From the NCBI GenBank assembly GCA_015680685.1, contig MNCI01001077.1:762268-826267 (forward strand): a stretch of DNA of 64,000 bases, given 5' to 3'. Below the pieces are notes generated by a model. The model saw only the letters and a program-made list of their open reading frames with translations. It ran no database searches and had not been told where the DNA came from. Made by a program: the position numbers and the translations under genes. Positions within the stretch are counted from its first letter, which is position 1, and each line of letters opens with the position of its first letter. Shown one piece after another: positions 25,476 through 37,878 of this stretch. This DNA comes from Gnetum montanum (taxonomy: Eukaryota; Plantae; Gnetophyta).

Positions 25476-25574
25476 GCTTGCTCCTGCCAATAAATAGGGA
25501 GGAAAATGAGCTAGGGGGTTGTTATGCTTTCCAGGAAATGTAAATCATGTGTACGTTTAACCGTGACTAAGGTA

Positions 25575-25770
25575 TGTAGTGGTAGTTTATTGTCGTACCT
25601 GGATGCATGGTAGTTTAGGGCCATACCAGGCCTTGCCTATCAATTTATAGTCATAACGGGCTGATCATGATAGTTTAAGGCCTTACTGGGTCATCCGGTA
25701 GTTTAGGGCCATTTTGGGCCATCACGGCAGTTTAAGACCTTACCGGGCCATCATGGTAGTTTAATTGTAA
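25575..25770 (-). repeat. GGCCCTAAACTACC-type array upstream of pol (C)
   Basis: About seven copies of ggtagttta(a/g)ggcc on the plus strand. Confidence 0.75.
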
Positions 25771-27155
25771 CTTACAATTCATGGTTAGAGTACATAGGTA
25801 TGTTTAGTGTACCTCATGGGGTCACATATACGTATATATGTATGTTGTTGGTTGTTTAGAATTCTAAGTACCAAGGGGTCATTAAAGGGGGTGTGAATAA
25901 TTGGTACATGTATGGTACATATGTACAGGGTTTTTTCTTATATTTTTTATGTTTTATGTTTCTTTTTGTTCATTTATGTTTATCAAAATAAGAATGGTAC
26001 TAGAGGCTAGGACATCATAGACCATAGGGACAGCATATGGGGTCTTTATTGTTATTTTTATATTTTATTTTTAAAGGGTCTTCACACCCTACAAAAGTGG
26101 GTCAACATGTACATGAATTTAGAACATGGATGCTGAGTGTTGGTCAAGATTTGTAAACATAGGACAAATCCCTAAATAGTAGGGATAGATCCTACAAAGG
26201 TGGGTCAACGCGTACATGAATTTGAAAAATGATAGTGTGGGTATAGATCAACGTTTATGGACAAAGGGGCAATGTCCTAGATAATTGGAAATGACTCCTA
26301 CTAAATAGGAACAGCATGCCCTAAACAAGAATCAATGTGCTAGATTGTAGGAAGGGTCTATGTGATCCTTACTTTGGCTAATTCTAACGTAATTTTGACT
26401 AGGATAAGAAGGTAAAAATAATAAATGTAAAATAGTTATGCATGAAAAATTAGTGGTTTACACTAAGTAAAACTGTAAATTCTTTGGGACATATAAAAGG
26501 CAAACTATAAAACTATGTAGAACTAAACCTTTCATCCTTATTCCAGCTTAAACCAGGCATTGATAGCGTAAAACCATCAAAATTGCATCATAGAAATATC
26601 AAAACTACAACATAAAATAAAGGGAGATAGAGGGCAGTGTGAACCCAAGGACTGTAGGTCAGCGTAAACCTAAGGACTAGATCCAAAGAGCAACGTACAC
26701 CCAGAATATTGAACTGAAAGAGCTAGCGTAAACCCAAAACCCCAGCATCAAGCCAAGGAGTAGAGGCCAAGACTTCAGCGTGAATCCTAGGTCAGGGTCA
26801 GCATGCATCAAAAGCTCCAACATGAATAGGTCCATGGCAGTGTAAACCACCATTTCCATAGCATTGGGCCATCTATTTTCTAGATCTATGACAATATAGA
26901 TCAGATCCAGAGCATGCGGCACCAGATCTACGATCTACAAGCCCTGATCTGCAATATTTTAGACCAGATCTACAGTGTGCGTGGGTGGATCTACATTGAT
27001 CTGGGTGTCAACATTTAGATCTGCTTGGAACCCTCAGATTTCGGCTACAACATGCAAGATTCGTCGATAACCAGAGTCGCCAACATTCGGGCAAGATGGG
27101 CAAGGGAAAACAAGTAAAGGGCAACGAGAAGAAGGAGGGATCCCTAACCTTCGCT

Positions 27156-30100
27156 ATGGAGAGTGATGAAACACTTCGAAACCTTTTCCAACCTATGATC
27201 CCTTCATGGCCTGGATCCCTGCACCAGTTAGCATCTGATCCGTATATCTAGATCTATTTTCTTTGCTGTTTTTATCAATTATTGTCCAGTTTTCTGCTAT
27301 TAGCGTATATGTTTTTCCTGGTAAATTTAGTCAACGTATGGGATCTTTGGCCAAGGTAGAGGTTGTGAAGCCAGTGTGCAGGCCATGATCCCAGTGTGTA
27401 AACTGTAAAAATGTTAAGTTCATATAGCGTATATGTACTTTTTTTGGTAAATTTTTGCTTAAGTTTTGGTGTCAGCGTGAAAGGTTTGGCTGGTATGCTC
27501 AGCGTGAACCTAACATGCCTAGCGTATAGAGGGCTATACGCCCAGCATGTGGTCTTCACATGCCCAGTGTGTGAGAAGGTCACATGCTCAAAGTATAGCC
27601 AAAAACCCTAAAAAAATTCTAAGTGTGAGAAGGTCACACGCTCAGCGTGTGGACCAAAAACCCAAAAATTTTCCAAGTGTTGCCACAGTGTAAACCTTGA
27701 ATTTTTTGAAATTTTTCATATATTTCCTAGGTGTTAAACTAATGTCCAAAACTGAAATTTTCTAAGTGTTATGTGTGTAATGAGAATGAACCCTTTGCTG
27801 AGTGTTGAATATGAATTGTAAGTGTTAAATAATGTAAACTAAAATGTCGTATGTATCCACTGGGGTATGCAAATAGAATGTTCTTGTTAACAAATGTTGG
27901 TAGTTTAAGGCCATATCGAGCCATTTTTTATGTGTATGATGTACTTACTTTGATCTTTGACTTCATGCAGGGGTCTTAAACCTTTTTTGTTGGTCTTGGA
28001 GCTTGTTGGAGTGTTAGCGTGGTTTGGGGCCATTGATCCAGATGTACCTGCACCTGATATGATGAGTGGTCGAGACGGGTGGTGGTTTAGACCAGGTGCT
28101 AATGAATTCCTTACCTTCATCTTACAAGGGTTCAGTGTGGTTATATGGTCTCATTTAAGTGAGTAACTCACCCGAAGTGTACTTGAGACCATACTGCCAG
28201 GATCAGCTAGTGGCATTTTAGCCTTTGTGACTGATATAGATGAGGGATTTTTTAATGTTGGAGATGGTCCCGTTGAAGGGCCTAGGTCCACTCGTCCATT
28301 GACACGTGTGTGGAACATATCCACATGTAGCCATTACAACGTTAATAGCACTTTGTTCCTTGTTTCCCATGCACACACCTTGTTCAAAAATCCTCCTGGA
28401 ACAGTTTACAGGGCGGCAAGATAAGGGTGTTCAATATATATTTATTTTTTTCGTAGTGCTATATATTTTCTCATGTTTGAACCTTATGTTTTTGTAGACC
28501 TCAGCTCAATGAAGAGGGAGTATATCAAAGTGATGATGAACTTGCACTTGCTCGTACAGCCTTGGAGGCTTTCATGGCAGGTCCCACTTTACGGGGTGCT
28601 GTGTTGGCTCAAACCAAGGGGGTGATCATCCATTACCACAAGCAATACTCAAAGGCCTTTGCACATTGTGAGGCTCAAGGATGGCTACATGCATATTGGT
28701 CTCAAAATGTGCTAGTTTTTCCACGCGATGTTGATCTAGCTCCAAGTTTATCTAATCCATCGGCCAACAATAAGTGATGATGTTTTTATGCCTTTCATTT
28801 GTTTTATTACCTCATCGATTGTTGTGAGATTAATTTCCTATTTTCTTGTATACACAGTGGATGTTACTCCTAGTGGAGTTACAATCGCCACAGGCCGTAC
28901 CGAGGGTACTTTGGCTATGAAGTTTGGAGAAATCAAAGGTGCACAACAATGGTTGAATGATGAGGCATCGCCACATGTCATTGGTTTCTTGCGTGATGTT
29001 GGACTTATGGATTTGTTTACCACTCTAAACCCTAACATCCCTGTGACCGAGATGGTTGCTATTGTTGATTCATTTAATGCAACTATTACTTATTATAGCA
29101 CTCATACTCACGGGATATAAGTAGTTTTCCATCTGATGATAGCATTCTTTTCAGACCTCTTTGGTGTGCCGGTAGATGGGACAAGAGTAACATTTGATAG
29201 GGCTCAGGAAGAAAGTCATGTTGTTTGAGACCTGGAGGAATGGTTGGGTGTTATGAAGGGCTCTAAAGGATTCCCTATGTAGGAAAGATCCAAAGTGGTG
29301 CAAGTGAATGAATTGTACCCTTTCTTCAGAGCACGGGTTTTTCCCAAGTCTCTATCACGAGTTAAGACTCTTGGCCTAGAGCCTGTACGTATCATGCACA
29401 CGATTCTAGAGACTGGGATGCGCTACAACTGGGCACAGTTCTTGCTTTCAAGTTTCCACAGGGAGATAGTGCGATTATGTACAAAAATAAAGGCAAAATC
29501 CTATTTCAATTTCGCATTTTTTGTTTGTTATCTATGCTGACTAGCTGAATTTCTAGTTTTTCATGTAGATAACGAGTACATGTTGAGGGATCGTGGCCAG
29601 TTGTCTTGCCCATGGATATGCCACTTGTTTGAAATTACGAGGTCTTAGGATGTTCCTGAAGGTGTAGATGAATCAACTTCCATTATGACAGCGGACACAC
29701 TTGGTTATTCCATCTATACGCATGACAGCATAGGGTTGGAGCCAAGTAGTGTACCCTACACTGCTAGGAGAGTTGATCGGGTTATCAAGGAGGCAATCGG
29801 GAAGGGTAAGTCTAAGATTGAGAGACCTAAGCGCCCTAATGAAAGTGCTCCAGCAGCTGAACCACCAATGCTAAAGCGTATCAGGTTTAAGCTTTCGGAA
29901 TGTTGTAAGCACATTTGAGTCATTTTTTTTTATTTTGTTTTGTTATTATTTATATTTCACTAGCGTTATACTATGTGTGTTATCAGAACCAACTCCCGAA
30001 GTGAGGGAAAAGCTAGCTCCGATTGTAGAAGAGGAAGAAGAAATCACCACCAATCAAGGTGAGGAGGAAGCGCAAGTAGAGGAGCATATGGAGGATCTCG

Positions 30101-31538
30101 TAGGAGATCAAGATGAAGAAGATGCCATGATGGGAGAATTTTTCGAAGGAAATGTAGATGACCAAGAGGTGTTCGGTATGTTTTTCTATTCTTTTCTATT
30201 AGGCTTGCTTTGTTCTTATGAATTTTTGTTTAGGAGTTTGATTTTTTTTCTCATTTTTTGTTGTTGCAAGATCCTAATGTTGAAGCAAGGGCAACCTCTA
30301 GTGTTCAAAGTAGGGTACCGATGATGACAATACCTACAGAAGAGTCAACCCATGTTGAGGAAGAGTCTACGGATGAGCCCATCAGTTGGATCAAAATGCC
30401 AAGTAAGAAAGACTTCATTATGGGCATTGTCAACAAGGTGATTCATCGCATCCAAATGGCTCATCCTGAACTAGGTATGTACATTTTAGCATGTTGATTT
30501 CATGTTCTACATCTATTTCTATTGTCCATGTTTAATATATATTACTCTTGTATTGATAGGTGATCAGCTAAGGTGGAAACCGTCTGAAGCAACCCACATT
30601 GATGCTTTTCCTCAACTCCCTTCAGAGATTGAGCAAGTACCAAGAAAGATCTACGATGAGGTGGTAGGATGTGTTGTACATAATGCCAAATCTCTTTGGT
30701 CTTGCAAATGCTCCATAGAATAGTTGTGGTTGAGAGTTCAGGCGGCCGAAAAGGAAATTGCAAAACTAGCGGTGGAAAGAAATGACTATAAGTCACGTTA
30801 TGACTTCACGACTACTAGATTGTCAAGAGATGGTACATGGCGAACTTCCAAAGTTACCTACACAAGATATTGGAATCTATTGAATCGTCAGGTAACTATG
30901 ACTCAGGAGTTAGGTGAGCGAAAAGCAGAAATTGACTTGCTCAATATCAAGTGTTAAGATTGGAAAGCTTTCGTTTTTAAAGTATGAAAATGGGATCAAG
31001 ATTAGAAGAACCACAAGCATCAATATAATTCGTTGTTAAAAGATGCATCTGTAGGACAGCATCGGATGGAAATTTTCATAGAGGGATTAGGCCTACGATC
31101 CTCTCTTGATACGTTTGTTAAACATACTGTTGTGGAGATGGAATCTCCTAAGAGATTGATCACAATAGCTTCATGGGAGGTTTCCATAGGTGAATTTCCT
31201 CTTAAGTGTCCTATGTGGACTACTGTGTACAATGGTAAGGTCATACCCGATGTTGACTTAGGCCTTGATGAAATGGATTGGTCTAGTATGCCAGAAGAAG
31301 AGATCCTACGTTGACTAGAGTTTGGCTTAAGAGCTTCCTCTTTCGTGAGTGTTCAATCTTGTAACATTTTTTTGTTCTTTTCTTCGAAATGTTATCCTTT
31401 GACTTGGTGACTGATTTTTTCCTATTATTGTTACAGGGTCATGGTGGCAATGATGGTGATGAAGGTGGCCCTAGTGGAGTGGGGCAAGATGATGCGAAGG
31501 AGCCTAACGATCAAGCTCATCCTAGATTTGATGCCTAG
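27156..31538 (+). pseudogene. Antisense 8-exon accessory gene of element C (exons 27156-27241, 27971-28420, 28498-28769, 28858-29904, 29987-30175, 30271-30474, 30560-31344, 31437-31538; 3135 nt = 1045 codons): FCP1/NIF-like pseudophosphatase + accessory domain + NLS-like + acidic + coiled coil
   Basis: Phase-compatible junctions, T-rich introns ending in AG, five GT donors and two decayed to AT; total length divisible by 3; in-frame stops mostly TAA/TAG/TGA as expected from CAA/CAG/CGA decay; homologs in B and E. Confidence 0.85.
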
Positions 31539-31969
31539 TTTTGATTTGATGTTTTTTTGTTAAAGTGATTATGTATACGAACTATGTATTGTGTGGAGAC
31601 ATTGTGCTAAGTTGTAATTTGACTTTGATACATTTATATAATTTTTCGGTTGATTTTTCTGTTATTCATTTTTTTTGTTTGAATTTTGAGTTTGTTTGAA
31701 CATTGATAAGCATAGACTTGAAGTGAAAATCTTTTTGTTCTTTTGGTTGTTTAAATGTAAACACGATGCAGTAGTGTAAAATGTGTTTGTTCATTTTGTT
31801 GTGTAAGTGTAATGCATGAAGTAAGGATACAAGTAGGAATGTAATTGTAATTGAAGCATAAGCATGTAAAAGGGGAATGTGAAGGAAAACTGTAACTAAT
31901 AACACAACAATGTAAGCATAAATTCAAATAGTGAACTTGAATTGAGAGAAAACATATATAAGAAAATGC

Positions 31970-32250
31970 TCTAGTTTGAGGCCATTTCTGACCATGTGCA
32001 CATGTGTATCAGTTTAAAGTCATGATAGACTGTAGTCTTGATGTTCTAGTTTAAGGCCATTTTGGGCCCCATGCACTAGTTTAAGGTCATTTTGGGCCAT
32101 GTGTAAACAAGAGAAGTTTCAAGTGATACTGGTGGGTTTCTTGGTAAGCCGACCATTTCTAGCCATGGCTAGTTTTATGTCATTGTGGACATGTGATAGT
32201 TTAACATCATTTCAGATGATGAATGTACTTTAACATCATTTTGGACGATG
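31970..32250 (-). repeat. AAACTAG array just downstream of the gag-PR stop (C)
   Basis: Repeated ctagtttaagg(c/t)catttt on the plus strand. Confidence 0.75.
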
Positions 32251-32287
32251 AATGTGTGTCAACTGTTTAGTAATTTTTTGATTTTTC

Positions 32288-35200
32288 TTAATTTAATGTT
32301 AGGAGTGGAATAGGTATCATTCTATACTCAGCGTCCCCTTCACTGATCACGTTGAATGGTAATTCAGCCCAAGGGACATCTAGTGGAACAGGCTCTATGT
32401 TGGTATCTTCTAGTGTTTCCGTATGTATAGTAGTTTCTATGTTTGCTGTAATTTATATGTTAGGTGGTGTATGTACAGTTTCAGGTTTGGGTGTTTCTAT
32501 GCTAGGTAAAGTTTCTTTTACGTTTGATGGATCACTGTTTACTGATTGCATGTACCTTTGTTTTTCCTTTGTGTTATCCTTTTGTTTTGGTTGTTTGGTA
32601 GTTGGTTTCAGTTTGTCAAGAATGTTGTCATCTTGTTTAAGCTCTTCAAACTTAACCTCCGAGCCTTGGTTTATATCTGTATGTAACGAGATGGTAGATG
32701 TAGCAGCATCCCCATGTATGATGATTTTAGCACCTTCATAAGGCAGGTGAATCTCTTGGTGTATTGGGGAAGAGACTACTTTCACTTGAGTCAGCTAGGA
32801 TCTTCCTAATATTAAATTGAACCCTGGCATCTCATCGATGACAACGAAGTTAGTTGATGTGGGGAATCGATCCATTGCTATAAATTCCAAAGTTATGGTG
32901 CCATTTACTACTAGGTGTGATCCACTAAATGATTTTAAACATGTGGTGGAGGTTGTTCTAATTAGTTCTGTAAGCCCTAATTGTTCAATGATGGGATAAG
33001 GTACTACGTTTGTGGTAACTCCATCATCTACATGCACTCTATGTATTTTGAATTGATTTACTTGTATCGTTATGAACATAGGTGCTATTGTTACTTCTCC
33101 TATTTTCTCATCAATTTTGATGTTGTCAGTGTGGAAGCCTAGTGATTTAGAAGTTGATCCTTGAGGCGAATACATTACCACATGAATAGAAGGTTCATTT
33201 GGAGGTAAGTCTTTGCTTACGGGGATTGATGTCAACATGCGTACTAGGGCTTCGCAATGAGTTTGATAAGTTAACATCAGGTCGTATAGGATTAATGAAG
33301 TATTTTTTTGTTTAAGTGCCTACGTAACCTGTGTTAGGGCTATTAATAAATCTTTACCATTAGGTGTATGCTTGTTAGTGGTTACCTGGTCCATCGGGCC
33401 CAACAGTTTTATCTCATGTGTAGCTGGTTTGACGTTTTCTTCTACAACCATTGATTTGGATGTATCATGTATTCCTAATGATTCTCCCTTATAGCTTGTG
33501 TTCGGTTCATTAGTAGGTGATTTCATGGGTACTGCACTTAATGGAGTAAGTTGTTGATGTTCCTTCTCCAAGCGTTCCCATGTGAGCCTGTTTGCTAGGC
33601 GTTCCCGCGTGCAGCGTGGGGGAACAGTTGATTTCTGAACATTGGGTTGCTTTGGAACCCGTATGACCTATGGAGTAGGATGGAGTTGCGGTTGGATGGT
33701 TGAAGGCGGTTGAGTGTCAGGCTACCTACGCACCCTGACAACATATGGGGTTGGCCTAGTAGACGGTTGAGGTGCAGAGGGTTGGTTATCAGGATGCTTA
33801 GGCACCCTAACAACATACGGGATTGGTCTATTTTGTGTTTGTAGAGTGGAAGATTAATGGTTATCAAGATGTTTGGGTATCCTAACAACATATGGAGTTG
33901 GTCTAGTTGGGGGTTATACCTTCGTAGTTGCAACCGCAGGTGTCACCCGGAGTACAAAGGGAGTGGGTCGAGTAGGTGGTTGTGTGTTTGTGGTAGTAGT
34001 AGTAGGAGGTACATGCACTACGTATGGTTTAGCTTGCGGTGGTATGGTAGAGGTTGCCACTGTAGGAGGTACTTGGATGACATAGGGTCTTTGCGGGGTA
34101 GGCGGGTTATATGGAGGGTATGATGATTGAGATGCAGGTGTTTGTGTAGTAGGAGCAGTACGAACTACAAAGGTTCTCCTAGGTGTTTGTTGTTCATTAT
34201 CTAAATAAATGGTGTTAATCCTAGGTGCTTCTTGTTTTCTATCTAAGTAGATAGTGTTAATTACGTATGGTGCTTCCTTAGTATTTAGTGGGTATTTATA
34301 TACACCCATGGATTGGTTTTGCGGTTCAACTGGGTTGGACTCATCAAAATTTATTTTTCCCCTATCTATCATTCATTGAATGTCTTATTTCAGGGTGAAA
34401 CAAAAATCAGTACCATGTCCATTACACTGATGGTACTCACAAAACCTATCTAGCCTGAAGCTTTTTGGGATAGGAGGCTTGTTAGGTGTATCCAAGCTTG
34501 GATTCTTGACCAATTCACAGAATCGATCATGTTTTTGAATGGCTGTTGGAGACATCTGCTTGTGTTTCATCATTCCAGCCTTCAAAACTTGGTCAAACAA
34601 TTGAGAAGGCTTCATAGGTAGTGGTGTGTATTGAGAGGAATCTTTCCTCTCAAAGTTTCGGGCATGACCTATTGTAGCAGTTTGTGATGTAGACGGTTTG
34701 GGTGCAGTAGTGGGAGCAAATCTAGCATAGTTAGTAGGGCCAATAGGCAGTTTGCCTTATTGTCCCATACTTGTTTGTTGTGTTTTTGCTATTGCTACTA
34801 CAGTTGCCTAAGCCTTTTCTTTATCTTTTTTGCTATGTTGGTTTTTAAAGGCTGAATGGCTGGGGTCATGACTATTTTGTGCAGCTTCTTCAATATTCTT
34901 TATTTGTACAAATTCTTGGATAAGAGTGTGTGCATTAAGATAGTATAATTCAGACTTTACAAAATCATTAATGGCCCCCTTTAGAATAGTGAGGAGATAA
35001 GTCTCCGGGATTGGCTCATGGAGCTCATTGAGGGCAGCACTCCACCGTTGGATAAATTTTTGAACAGGTTCAAGCAGTGCTTGCTTGACCTGTATGAGGC
35101 TATCAAGCGTTGCTTTAGGCTTCAAGTNAGAGTTTTGGGGCAAATCCCAATACCGGTAAAGTGCTCTCCCTATGAGAGACATGGGGAACACTCGCAAGAT

Positions 35201-36583
35201 GGCATGTGGCCATGCCTGAAGCAACACACACTCTAGTCTAAATGTTACAAGATGGGCATTGGGGTCTATTTTCCCATTGTATTTAGTTAACGTGGGTAAG
35301 GAAACACCCTTAGGTAATGTTAGAGGTGGAACTAAAGAGCTGATAGGGTCATCCTGATAGAAATCTACTATCTTAAGCTCTTCATCGGTAGCTATTTTGA
35401 GGCGCTTGACCTCATCAATTAGCTCTTGCATCAATTTTTTGGTTTTAGCCCAGTCTTGGGCACTCGATAAAGGGGTAGGTTGGTCATGTTGTGTAGTGTG
35501 CAAGTTAGATTGTTGTACAGTGGGCAGGAAAGAAGAAAGTTGAGTGGTTAGAAGTTGCATTTGTGGAATACCTATGGTGGGTGCCACTAAGGGCAGCATA
35601 CCATAAGAATTAGGTTATTGTTGTTGTTGTTGTTGCTACTATTGAGGTTGAGGTATGTTCATAGGTGGAATTGTAGGAGGTGGTATATTGCAATGAGGGA
35701 GTTGATGTGCTTGCATGTTAGTCACAACCCACTATCCCATTATGATTTGTGAGGGAACACCCTGAACTTGTTGAGTTGAAGTGGTGAAGGATGTCCCTTG
35801 GTCTTGTATTTGTGGTATATAGTGAGTGGATGTAGAAGTAGGTATCACAGACGGCATCCCGATCACTCAGGATGGGAAGGTCAATCCTACATTAGTTTGA
35901 GGGGGGTGTTGTTGTGGTTGTATTTGTAAGAGAGGGGATAACGTGGTGACTGGAGGAATAGTGTTGATGGGTAAACTGAATTGAGTATCGGTCACGGGAA
36001 AAGTGGGAATAAGAGTGGATGGTTCCTGTTGAGGCACATGTGCTTGAGTGGTTTTAAATGAATGGAGGGACATGGTCTCCCCTGTGAAAGGATGAAACAA
36101 TGGGTTTGTGTAAGTATGTGAACTGAGAGTATGGTACGAATCCTCATGTTCGGATTAAGCTGCAAAGTCATCCTCCTCTTCTGATTGAGGATTTACCATG
36201 GACTAGTCCAGAGACTGACTCCTTACTAGAAGGAGCTGTGAGATGAGCTCAGAGTAGTGCTCTAGAAGATGCTGATGTCACATGAGGAGGGGATGAACTC
36301 ATGTCCTCCCTTATGAATTAGTTCATATCATTTCTTAGCCTCCAATTCAATTTGATCTACTACCAAACTGTCTTGGATCTTTACACATATAAAATTATAC
36401 TATTCCTGTGTTATGACATTAAATGATGGATTCTTCCCTTGTAGTCTGAGATCAGTGAGGTCCCCCCCAAGGCTTGACCTCACCGTGGGCCCCAATGGGT
36501 GAAGTGGTGATGACTGGGTATGATGTGGAGGGACTGATATGTGAAATGGGCATGTTAGAATTGTTCATGTTGGTTGGATCCAT
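32288..36583 (-). pseudogene. gag: gag-protease ORF of element C, ending in TAA
   Basis: KYNGKIDPNAHL (retrotransposon gag), FCEYHQCNGHGTDFC (CHHC knuckle), VHVDDG...FNLILGRS...SPIHQ (protease); ends ...PWAELPF...PLLTLN*. Confidence 0.9.
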
Positions 36584-37302
36584 GTCTGGAATGATCTATG
36601 TGTCAAGGTAAGTATGAGATAATGTTAAGTAAAAAATGATAAAAATTTGGCTAAGTATGAAATTATGAACAATGTACTCAGCATATAACCCTGTATGCTC
36701 AGCGTGTGAGGGTTATACATAGCATGTGAACACTAGTCACAGTGTACAGACCACTCTCACAGCATACAGGCACTGTTGTTAGTGTATAGGAACTTGTCAC
36801 AGTGTGTGAACTAGGTTCACAGTGTATAGATAGAAAAATTCAGCGTACAGACAGAGTGGTCAGCATGCTGAAAATGGTGGCAGCGTGTAGCTAGGATCTA
36901 CAACATGTAAGAAAACTAGATAGCGTGTAGACAGGGTCTACAGTGTGCAAAGTAAGTGGTTAGCATATACCAAGGGTGCAGTATAGCGTGCAACCTTATA
37001 GGTAAGAAAAACTAAGTGTTTTAAGATAAAAATGAAAGAATAAGGCAACGTATATCCCAAAAAAATGAAAATTTTGCAAAGGAAAAGGCTAGGTCACAGT
37101 GTGTACCTGGTACAGCGTGCAGATCTGGCTGAAGAGGGTGTAGATCTAGATGAGGAAAACTTAGATCTAGAGCTGATGAAGGAAGATCTGATGGAACTGA
37201 GAGTAGATCAGGAACTATGAGAAGTAGATCTACAAGGTGGTGTAGCAAATCTAAAGAGATCGGGCTTGGATCAAAGTAGATCTAAGAAATGATGAAGAAG
37301 GG

Positions 37303-37319
37303 CCCTCCTTCTAGAGCCA
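37303..37319 (-). promoter_or_regulatory. Primer-binding site of C, tRNA-Asn(GUU) type
   Basis: Minus TGGCTCTAGAAGGAGGG, one mismatch to the complement of the plant tRNA-Asn 3' end (CCCTCCTTCTAGCG-CCA, from recall), 5 nt from the LTR. Confidence 0.85.
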
Positions 37320-37324
37320 AAAAC

Positions 37325-37845
37325 TGTAGCATATGAAATCGTCGATGCTGGGCCGGAACGTTACGGGCACCAAAAGATTCATAGAAAAGCATAGCAGACC
37401 CTACCTCCGCTTGAGGGAAAGCTGAAAATGGATGAAGGCAGAGTGCCTTGGATGGTCCACATGCAGATCAAACAAGGACTCCCCCAACATTTGCCACTAC
37501 AACACATTGGGTTATACGTAAACTGCAACTAAATGTGAACTAGTACGAAACGTATAGAAAATGTAAACATGCGTAAATAGAGAAAATGATGTAAACTATA
37601 ATGAAATTTGGCCAAATGTATCAAATGTATTGAAAGAGAGTGTGTACAAAGGACCGGTCTGTATGCAGTTGTGGATCTACACAAGGTAGATGTATAGCCC
37701 TAGTTGATGAGGATGGGTGATGACAACTACTGGGAATTTCTACAGGCACAGCATGAATGCTATACGCTTAGTGTGTAGGATGTATGCCCAGCATGTGAGA
37801 TCTATGCTTCCATGCTCTATGTGTGAAAATTACCAACTTTTCGAC

Positions 37846-37878
<33 letters not shown>

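Noticed and set aside
26070-26260. Two-copy direct repeat (cctacaaa.gtgggtcaac..gtacatgaattt)
   Set aside because: Local duplication with no counterpart noticed in B; no evidence of function
27156-31538. Host gene or independent nested transposon
   Set aside because: Lies inside a TSD-bounded element, has no termini of its own that I could find, and recurs at the same position in B and E
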